Assembly (NCBI GenBank): GCA_040954595.2
Contig: CM082577.2
Span: forward strand, 12,965,903 to 13,029,902
Reading direction: 5' to 3'
Length of the DNA stretch: 64,000 nucleotides
From: Balanoglossus misakiensis
Taxonomy: Eukaryota; Animalia; Hemichordata
Shown one piece after another: positions 12,674 through 23,100 of this stretch (position 1 is the first letter of the stretch; every line of letters begins with the position of its first letter). A program made the position numbers and the translations under genes. Under the pieces are notes generated by a model. The model made no database searches. It was not told the origin of the DNA and saw nothing but the letters and a program-made list of their open reading frames with translations.

Positions 12674-13051
12674 TTAAAAACATTGCCACCTTTGCCGCCA
12701 TTATATATGTTGCGTCATTGGGGGGGGGGGGACTCCGGTGTTAAATTGTTAGAATGGCCGAATAAGAAACGTTCCAGAAGTCGAGCGCGCTCACCTGTGT
12801 TCTACCCATCCTCGTCCCAAAACACTCTTCCGTTTAGTAGAGAATCATCGTATCACCGCGTTCTGCGACCTTCTATCGGGGAGCGCGGCAGAGGAGAGGA
12901 GGTTCGAAATTATGCGAACGAGGCTGCATTTGTTACTCGAATCTACACGGGTTCTACGCAAAGTAAACCTCACTGTTCGTTCGTAGCAAACACCTCTTTT
13001 CTTGTTTTATATATATTTTTTCAAATTCTAAATTGCGCACGGCGTTTCAAA

Positions 13052-16000
13052 ATGTTGGGACTGTTGTCCCTTACCATTTTGATCTACCACGTGACGTTTG
13101 GGAGACGGCGTGAGAAGAGAAGAAAACATCACGTTCCGACGTCACCAAGAGTTCCTCGCAGCAGGTGAGTATTTGAAAGCGCGGGAATCATCATCGCGAA
13201 TGTATTTTAACCAAAATGTTCGCATATCGCAAGATGCACATGACGTCACGAATCTAGGTCACCATTCTAATTTCTACTCTACAGTTTGAGGAGACGCGTC
13301 ACGGAATTGCAGCAAGACAGCACTCATCCACCACAGGATAATGAAATCAAGGTAAGCTTATGTGCGCGCCTACGTTATCCGTATGTAAAAGAAAAGGAAC
13401 CGGAAAAAATAAAGAAGTTTTCAAGGGTCTGCATGTTATAGCAACATGCAAGATTAGTTGAAATACAAAACTTACAGAATGTGCTTTCATTTTCCCGCGG
13501 TTGCAGCAAGTGCATGGTTTATCTATTTACTACACCTGTACAACTCCAATCTGATTTTAAAAAAGATGTAGGGAACGGCAACGTCTTTTACTTACGCGGT
13601 ACGTTACTGTAGTGTGGGGCGACAGCATAAGAAAACCGTACCGCGTAAGTAAAAGACATCGCCGTTCCGTACATCTGATTTTAATCAGATTGGCACACCT
13701 CAAGCCAACGAACGAAAGTAATTATCCCGGCGGGCAACTGTCATTCAAATGCGGGATCTGTGAATACTTTTCTGTATAAGTTTGTATAGCTGGTTCTGAA
13801 TTGAAATTCCGCAGAAGCAGTAGAAGACATGCTGACAATTATGATGTCTTCTCTAGTTTTGATTTGATTTGCAAACATGCAAAAGTGCATTTTGCTTTCA
13901 GGCGAATGATTCCACAACTCGGACACGCTCATCCTCTGAGAGCGTTCAGATACAACTGTTCCCGGCTGGTGTCCAAGTGCAGCTATTGACGCCTTCACTA
14001 CAACAACCCCGTGATGGGCCAGTGGAATCTACGACATCACGAGACAAAAACCGTCGACCCAATGGTAATGGCAATCAAACGACTGACAGGAAATCAAACT
14101 TGGAAACTCAACTTGATAAGATCACTGATAGCAAAGCCAGCGTGGACAAGGCCATGGCTCCGGAAAAGAAAACCGGTTTCACCCACCAGCCGAACGGTAG
14201 TTCCAATGGCCAGAAAACGACTGACAAGGCAAAAGACCCGGAACCACAGCCCAACACTACCACTGTCGGTAAAGACAGGGTCGACATGGTAAAGACTACA
14301 GACAAGATGGCTGCGTTCACCTATCAGCCGAACGGTAGTTCCAATGGCCAGAAAACGACTGACAAGGCAAAAGACCTGGAACCTCAGCCCAACATTACCA
14401 CTGTCGGTAAAGACAGGGTCGACAAGGGAACGGCGGACAAGATGGCCGCGTTCACCCATCAGCCGAACGGTAGTTCCAATGGCCAGAACACGACTGACAA
14501 GGCAAAAGTCCTGGAACCTCAACCCAACATTAAGACTGTCGGTAAAGACAGGGTCGACAAGGTAACGGCTTCGGACAAGATGGCCGCGTTCTCCCATCAG
14601 CCGAACGGTAGTTCAAATGGCCAGAACATGACTGACAAGGCAAAAGACCTGGACCCTCAACCCAACACTACCACTGTCGGTAAAGACAGGGTCGACAAGG
14701 TAACGGTTGCAGACAAGATAACCACATCCATCCATCAGCCGAACGGTAGTTCCCATGGGGAGGACACGACTGACAAGGTAAAAGACCTGGAACCTCAACC
14801 CAACATTAAGACTGTCGGTAAAGACAGGGTTGACATGGTAACGGCTTCGGACAAGATGGCCGCGTTCACCCATCAGCCGAACGGCAATTCCAATGGTAAG
14901 AACACGACTGACAAGCTTAAGATAAACGACTTTGAATCTCAGCCCATTATTACCACTGTTGACAAAGCAGAAAGTGACAGAAGAATGTGTGAGAACAGCA
15001 AAATCAGCGCGGCTATGGCTTTGCAGCTTCAGTGCTTCATTTCAGTGCCTTCAAGTCATCGGGTTCCTGCTGTATTCAACGGCAAAACTGACCCCCGTGT
15101 GCTGGTTTACCAAGAAAGGCGCGACAGAGAGCCTGCTGCCTGCACCACACTCAGTAATACTATGCTGGCCACAGAATGCAAAGTACATCGTCAACAGGGA
15201 AAGGCCAAGGCCTTGGATGTCCCCAGAATCAACACAATGAATTCCTTCAGCCAGGAAACTGACTGTGGCAAAATAGTTACTGACTCCTTCAAACAGTTAA
15301 GCAACATCACTACTACTTATTCAGACCACCACTTTCCTAGTACATGTAATGGCAAAGTGACCACACGTCATTTGCCTTACAACGGCACATCTACCATGTT
15401 TCGTGAAGGGCTGTCAGGTGACAGACCGCGCAAGGAATGCATAGGGCCCGTGGACGACAAATTGACCACTGACGACAATTTCCTTGTACCAAGGGACTTA
15501 CGCGTGCATGACGATGAAGTACTCACCACTGACCTCATCGACCTTGGTGGTGGAAACAATGAACTTGACTGCCGAGAAGAAATAACTACGCCACTACTTA
15601 CTGACAGTCTGGTAGCCATGTGTGGTGGTGGAGAAATGACCCGAAACTGCGAGCCGACTAACAGGGCGACATCTACTTGCAACCGTGAGCTGAATGATGT
15701 CATCTTGGAGAAGGGGCAAAACATTTCCGGTGTTGAGCACAAGGACGTTGGGAGGCAAATGTTCGAGAATGGTATGGGGACCATAGACAGCCACGTGAGT
15801 AGAACATTTCAAACAACTTCAATTGATGAATAGTTCCAGGATGTCATTATACACTGGCATCTTATATAAAAAAGCATTTATTTTGCAACTGATTGCAAGA
15901 AAACTGAATGTTAAATTTCTCTACCCACGATTGTCGGCATTTTATTCCATTCAAGTTTCACAAGTATCCCAACATTTTGGGTTTGGATCTAACATTTTCG

Positions 16001-17291
16001 ATGCCTCTCTCTATTAATAAAGTTGACATTTTGTATAGTTTTCAACGTACCACTTCACCCAAATGAGTCATTTTGGCAAGCAAGACCATACAATGTCCTC
16101 CCATTGCTATTTTGCATACAGGTGTGCATCGCTGTCACAGAGTCCAAGGCAAGTCCAGACATTCCAGACGGCTCAGGATTGGAAGTGGGAGCTGTCAGTG
16201 AACAGGAAGGCAACATGGCGAAATCAGACACGGTCAGCAAAACCGACTCATGGTACAGACCACCGCACCGACGCACGTTAAACGATTCAATATCTGCAAC
16301 ATGTACAACCAGTGTAGCCACATCCAAAAAACCACACAAGCCTGACATCGAACGCCCAGTGGCAAGAACACGCACGCGCCGTTTTAAACTAAAATGGTGG
16401 CCATCATCATCACCTGACGTTGAGGAAAAACGCCCTCTATTGAATGATGATTCATTGTCTGCAACATGTACATCCAGTGTAGCCACATCTAAAATACCAC
16501 ATAAGCCTGTCATCAAACGCCCAGTGGCAAGTAAACGTACGCGTCGTTTTAAACTAAAATGGTGGACATCATCATCACCGGACGATGAGGAAAAACGCCC
16601 TCTACTGAATGACGATTCATTGTCTGCAACATCATGTACATCCAGTGTAGCCACATCTAAAATACCACATAAGCCTGTCATCAAACGCCCAGTGGCAAGT
16701 AAACGTACGCGTCGTTTTAAACTAAAATGGTGGACATCATCATCACCGGACGATGAGGAAAAACGCCCTCTACTGAATGACGATTCATTGTCTGCAACAT
16801 CATGTACATCCAGTGTAGCCACATCTAAAATACCACATAAGCCTGTCATCAAACGCCCAGTGGCAAGTAAACGTACGCGTCGTTTTAAACTAAAATGGTG
16901 GACATCATCATCACCGGACGATGAGGAAAAACGCCCTCTACTGAATGACGATTCATTGTCTGCAACATCATGTACATCCAGTGTAGCCACATCTAAAATA
17001 CCACATAAGCCTGTCATCAAACGCCCAGTGGCAAGTAAACGTACGCGTCGTTTTAAACTAAAATGGTGGACATCATCATCACCGGACGATGAGGAAAAAC
17101 GCCCTCTACTGAATGACGATTCATTGTCTGCAACATCATGTACATCCAGTGTAGCCACATCTAAAATACCACATAAGGCTGTTACCAAACGCCCTGTGGC
17201 AAGAACACGCACGCGTCGTTTTAAACTAAAATGGTGGCCATCGTCATCACTGGACGATGAGGAAAAACGCCCTCTATTGAACGATAATTGA
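13052..17291 (+). CDS. Orphan ~1080-aa protein with N-terminal hydrophobic segment and two tandem-repeat arrays (exons 13052-13164, 13285-13351, 13902-15794, 16122-17291)
   Basis: Donors AG|gtgagt, AAG|gtaagc and CAC|gtgagt with pyrimidine-rich cag acceptors join in phase (2,0,0) to give 3243 nt with no internal stop. AATAAA at 17385-17390. N-terminus is MLGLLSLTILIYHVTFGRRREKRRK. Confidence 0.8.
13545..13695. mobile_element. Palindromic MITE, internally deleted relative of 62290-62643
   Basis: CCAATCTGATT...AATCAGATTGG inverted ends; shares AGATGTAGGG.ACGGC.A.GTCTTTT and GCGACAGCATAAGAA with the 62.3-kb copy. Confidence 0.75.
14175..14965 (+). repeat. Coding tandem repeat, ~138-bp (46-aa) unit, ~6 copies plus a degenerate leading copy
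   Basis: CAGCCGAACGG recurs at ~14187, 14325, 14460, 14598, 14736 and 14874; unit HQPNGSSNGQKTTDKAKDLEPQPNTTTVGKDRVDKVTASDKMAAFT. Confidence 0.95.
16278..17288 (+). repeat. Coding tandem repeat, 168-bp (56-aa) unit, 6 copies; central copies essentially identical
   Basis: TGGTGG (WW) at 16395, 16560, 16728, 16896, 17064 and 17232; unit LNDDSLSATSCTSSVATSKIPHKPVIKRPVASKRTRRFKLKWWTSSSPDDEEKRPL. Confidence 0.97.
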
Positions 17292-19114
17292 GACTTTAAG
17301 GATTTGTTGACCTTACAACCATGACTACCAGAAGAATCTCATTTACCTTCATCTTCTTTTTCATCTATTATCTCTTTCTGTTGAAATAAAATTTCATGCT
17401 AATATGATGTAGAGGAATCATGTGTTCAATTAACACTGGTTTACCATCAAGGAAACTCACCAGACTAAAATCGAAATATATATTTTTACGAGAACAAATC
17501 AAATTTTTAGACGTAGAGGGAAACATGTGCACCTTACTAATGTGCCTGCAGTGATATAATCAATGATCGGCTTCCTTTTCAATAATGCCCAAATTCTCCA
17601 CAGTGAAAACTTTTATTTTATACATTGTTGTGAAATAAAAAAATTACAAAATACAAATTCAGAAAACATTACTGTTAATTTTAAATGGTGGTTTGATGCA
17701 TTGAGGTACATGTACTTAAGTACTATTATAAGCGGCACCAGTATATGCGGCTCTATCAATTGTTATCATCTTTACAGCTCAACACTTCATGGTGTAGAGG
17801 GTCTTTAAAACACCGAACGCCACGGTGTTGTTGAAAAGTGGGTCGCATTCCAACAAGTGCTTTGATATACATTTAATAGTCTCATCGGTTGCTCTACTTC
17901 ACATTACTCAAAGAATCGTAACCGTTTCAACGCCAATTTGATCATTTTCACCCGTATTTCTCTATTCCACCCCCCCCCCCCCCTTAATTTTAGACCAAGT
18001 TGACAAAAGTTGGTTGAACGTTTCTGTTTTTTTATTAGATCATCATTGACTGTCATTTGCAATTGATATTAAGTTCTCTGAAAACCCTATACAAACAAGT
18101 GCCAATTATAAATTTCTGAGAGGTCGGCCCACAGACAATAACCAATAGTGGTAAATTCAGATGCTCTGGTCAGCACGATTAGTATGTTTGCTGTTTTTCC
18201 TAAATACCAAACAAAGACCATCACCCATTTTGACCAGACCTCACATCTCATGAAAGACAAACGCCTTTCAAATGGAAAGGATACGGAACATCACACACAT
18301 AGCTTCCAAATAAGAAAAAACAACGTCCTTGATTCATATGAGAAATCTTATCCTTGGTTCTTGGTCTGAGATACAGTTAGTCACAAGTATTGTTTGACAT
18401 TGATAAATTCTGTCTTTAAAGGAAAAAGTTTGTTAACGAAAGAAAATTCTTTGCTACCGAAGAGCACTGGTTTATAAGAATAATAAAGGCTACAGGGTAA
18501 TTATATTATTGAGCGAGCCAATACACATGCAAGCGATTTTTTTTCGGGAATAAGCTAACTTATTATTACTTTCCGACAATTGGCTCGTCCGCGGCAACCT
18601 GTTTGCCAACTTCCCTTTTCTCCTCTACCACGTCATTCAGGAACCGCCTGTTCTCTTTCACCAGTTTAGTTAATTTAGACCACTTTTCTTCGCGTTTTCC
18701 TTGAAGTCCTTGAGCTGAGTGGCGATCTCTTCGTCTCGTCTCGACTGTTTCCAATTTTTATTCGAGACTGCCATTGCTTTTGTGTAATTCTCCGGTCTGC
18801 TGCGTGGTCCTTTCTTGAGGTTCCTCCAATTCGGTGCCATCCCTGAAAAGTACAAGTTTAGTTCGAACATAGGAACACCTATTAAATTCGCCATTAAACC
18901 AGTAAGTCGATCGATGCGCTGTTGACACTGATCAACTAGGATGCCCCCCACAGCGTTGCACAAACAGAACACCGCCGTGGGAAATAACTTTAAAAAATTC
19001 AATTTCAAAACAAAATTTTCAGGAATGTCTCTCTTGAAGTAAAGGATCACCATCACTGCTTCCCTCTGGTATAACCCCAGGGCTTTATTCAGGGAACGTT
19101 TTATAGTAAGAATG

Positions 19115-19646
19115 ATTAAGCAATAACCCCCGCCACAGGCGGGTATACGCGAGATTTGGGTACAATTCGAGACATATATGGAGCGAATTGTTCCCAAATC
19201 TACTGAGGCGGGGGTTATTGCTATTATATTATATCAACAATTGTATTTGTGGCATATCGGTGTCATTTTCTTACCATACGGCGTCAGAAAGAGAAATTAC
19301 GATCGTGAACCAACATGGCGACAATGAATGTAAACACGAGCAGTCCGGGATCGAGCATTAAACATGAAGCAGACGACAAAAAGTGACAAGACGGGCATCG
19401 CGCGTGGCAAAGTGACAATGATTTCCACAGAGCAGTTCCAAAATAAAACGTCCGTTAATTCAACAATATTTTTGTTTTATTTATTTGGTTTAAACACGCG
19501 CGACTGTGGTTTAACCGCACATTTGTGCTGCCGCATGGTAGTTCAGGGGCCCGTTTTAGCACTGCCAGGAGTGCTATATGAGTATTTTAGCATCGCTGGA
19601 TTGAGCTCTCGTCCAATCAGAATTGCGGACGGTAGCATGATATAAT
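19115..19646. repeat. Interspersed repeat, same-orientation relative at ~27608-28116
   Basis: Both begin AAGCAATAACCCCC, share GAACCAACATGGCGAC, CCGGGATCGAGCATT and TAGTTCAGGGGCCCGTTTTA, and end GCGGACGGTAGCATGATATAAT. Confidence 0.85.
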
Positions 19647-19656
19647 AGAATATGAT

Positions 19657-19955
19657 ATAAACTGAACAAGTCTGTCAACTCTTCTGTCTTTGTCTTACCG
19701 ATACGGTTTTAACTGGAACACTGAGGCTTCTCTGCTCGTACTGGCACGGTATAATTATATGCATGATAAAGTGCGCCCTCTTTTGGTGAACTCTTCCTCC
19801 AGCTGACCGCCTACAAGGTAGAAGGTCAGGCGGTAGGAAGAGTTCACCAAAAGAGGGCGCATTTTAGCATCCATTGTTTATAATGGGTAGAACCGTATCG
19901 GTAAGACATGTACAAAGACAGAAGAGTTGACAGACAACAAACTTATTCAGTTTAT
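19657..19955. mobile_element. Palindromic (hairpin) MITE
   Basis: GTCTGTCAACTCTTCTGTCTTTGT, CTTACCGATACGGTT and GCGCCCTCTTTTGGTGAACTCTTCCT are each mirrored in reverse complement in the right half. Confidence 0.8.
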
Positions 19956-20182
19956 ATCATATAATTCTGACTATAAAACGTTCCCTGAATAAAGCCCTGT
20001 GGTATAACTGTCCACCTGCTAATGTCTGTATCTAGGCCTACATGCCTGCCCGACTCTCTCTGTCTGTCTGCCTGTCGTTCACTGTCTCTATGTCTATCCT
20101 GTAGTGAGAACTGTCCTTGTATAGTTCGTCGCCTAACGTTAACTTCTCTCGGCACTGTAGTCCGACTTCCTCGTTCACTTAC

Positions 20183-23100
20183 TCACCCGGATGTCTGATC
20201 CTCAACTGCCGGCGTCGTAGTGCCACTAGTACTTCCTTGGAGGTCCCGCCGTTTCTTCTCAATAAACTCTGTCACGTTTTCATCGAATTTGGGATCCTTA
20301 ATGTCTGATTCTGTAAATCGACAAATGCACACTTTACTACACAACTATTTCGCGAACATTCACATGTTATTAGTCGCACGTGTATCATGATCAATATATT
20401 GCCCTAATACTCTTCAATTTATTTCGTCCAATTTGAGTTCATGTGAATATCTGATAAAATTCTCTGAATATAAGATCAATTACTTCACGCTACCTTACTA
20501 CCAGTAACACGAAGAAAGCGGGGATGGTTTAATTCGGGACGTAAATAGGTCAGTATGTATATCAGCAGGGACTCTTTTTCTTGGATCGGGAGTCTATTTC
20601 GATGGCAAAAAGGGATCGGGAGTCTATTTCGATGGCAAAAAGGAAAAAAGGCAAAAAAAAAATAAAAAATAAAAAAATAATCACTGACCGCCAACCTACC
20701 TTCACTAAATAACTGGTCCAAATCTTCAAAATTAGGATTGACCTTTTTATCCAGAAGCAACAACTTGCAGAGATCGCAGAAGTAGCAGTCATCATGACTA
20801 CAACGCCAGTGACATGAAATCAGAAGCGCCGCCAGCGGGCGCAGTACCAACAGCTCTACGATGTTCAATGGCGGAGGCAATATGGGCCTGGCCAGGTACT
20901 CCTCGACGAGGCTATACTGATTGTGTCGATGAATTTTCGACGATTCTCGTTCGACGGAAGAGTACGTTTGACTGAAAATAGTTCGAGATAGGCTAAACGG
21001 TTACTGGACTCGTTCATCTATGTACAACTGTATAACTATACTATTAGAACGTATATCATACAGTTTGTTTTTCATGGGCCTGAAAGGATACAAATAAATC
21101 ACTTACTTGAATACAGCGATGAGAAGATTGAGAAGAAGGATATTGGATACGAGCATATAGATGCCGGTCAGTACTGGTACCAGCCAAGGGTAGTCCTGGG
21201 TATCTGGACAACGCGGTACATCCGGGTCACTTCTAGCAACTGTGATGTTCCTGGTACAGCCTGTATCGTCCTTACCTGAAGGCAAGGGAAGGGAAGGGAA
21301 GGGTGGATTATATATAACATGCGGATGTTATGGCTTCATTCTTTTTCAAATATTAAAAAAATTGTGCTACACCAATTAACTGCATGCAATAAAATGCCTT
21401 ACACCGAGGAAAGCCTGTGACATAGGATTGCTTGAGAAATAGGTGCCAACAGAAACACATCCCTGTAATCACATTGGCCTCTGCATCATTTCTAGTCTGG
21501 TTCCCTGCCCCCATTCCCACCGCTGGCTGCGCTACGCTAAAGGAAAGGGTCAGACACGGGCTTTTGTAAACATGGCTCTCATTGGCGTACGGACATTGGA
21601 GGCATCCATCTTGTTTATGATCACGTGGTCTTTGTAACATTATAATATGCTGGCCAGGTTTTTGGCCAAGATCGCCCCGTACCTGACCCCTTTCCCCTTA
21701 TCGCAGCGCAGCCAGCGGTGGGACTGGGGCAGGGGACCAGCCTACATCGTTTCCACCAACAAGGCAGATTTAAGAAACTTCCCCACCCTAACCCCCCACA
21801 TTTAAAAAAAAGTGTAAATCGCGGGAGCGGAGCGCAGGCGACACTTGCAGGCTTTCACACATGTTTGAAATGATGTACTATGTACCTTCCACTGTCTCCA
21901 ATTGTAGCTCGCCGTAAATCTGCCAGTACGGCAAGGCCAACACTTTTGCCATCAAGTCCGCCGGCGGCAGCCAGTCGTTCGGGTACAGCAGTGCGTGATA
22001 CACAACACCGAAACCCGTGAAGAAAACGAAGAAGATGATAAGAAATGGAGGCAAGTCCCGCGTCTGTGAATTTAGAGAAAAACATGTGAAGACATGCTTC
22101 GCTATTACACGCAACCTGTGGGGATGACGTAGATCAGGAAACAAACACAACAGTGCTTACCATCATGAGTTTTATCATGCTGACTTTGGGTCCCAGATAC
22201 TCCCAGACGGTAGCGCATTGCAGCAGGCGGATGTACATCATGAGCAACGACATGCAGTAGAATATCCTAGCAACGTAGAACATTTGGTCACTGACGGTAA
22301 ATCTGAGTATCATGCCGATGTAGAACGCACAGATCATTGCCAAGTCAATACTGTTCCAATTGGATATTACATATTTCCAAATGTTAAGAAATATCTGCAG
22401 TGGCTTCTTTGTAATGAACTCTATTACCTAAATGAGATAATGGGGAGATGAACAATCACTTAATGTTATTTATTTTACTGTGTTCTCCTTGGCTCTCCAA
22501 ACACTGGTCATTTATGAGAAAAAGCATACAACTACGAGTGAATGGGGTAGAACTGGCGTTGCATGGCTTAAAATATGTCAATTTAATTCAAGGCTGGGTT
22601 GTACTGTGATGTGATGTGCTGTGATGAGATGCGATGTGCCGTGATGTGCTGTGATGAGATGTTACGTGCTGTGATATGATGTGATGTGCTGTTATATGAT
22701 GCGATGCGATGTGATGTGATGTGATGTGATGTGATGTGATGTGATGTGTTGTGATGTGTAGTTCCAACCATAAACAGAGAGTTTGATTATTCTGCGCCCA
22801 CTTACTTGTCGCAGCTCTTCCACCGTCATACCAAACACCCAGACGATGACCAACTTCTCCCAGATGGAAATGTCCAGCCAGTTGTCGACGGGTTTGAAAT
22901 CCGTCAACAAGAAGTGACTGAATGTCAGTATGTGGAAACCATAGGAAATCTATTCGGGAAAGAAATTAAGATGACCGAAGCCAGTAAATATATGAGTCAA
23001 GAATTATCTACACATGACAGTACTAGAAAGTTCGTCCCTCTCCCCCCTTCATCCCCCCTCTCTCTCCACTCTCACTTTCTCTCTCTCTCATCCCCTCCTC

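Noticed and set aside
13869-15833. 654-aa single-exon gene
   Set aside because: It starts at TTG inside an acceptor tract; an acceptor at 13901/13902 and a consensus donor at 15794/15795 indicate an internal exon.
16055-17212. 385-aa antisense ORF
   Set aside because: Shadow of a stop-free repeat unit; splice signals and the polyA site support the + strand.
20183-20185. Selenocysteine or readthrough at the TRPM TGA
   Set aside because: No SECIS identified; a normal stop or the overlapping splice donor explains it.
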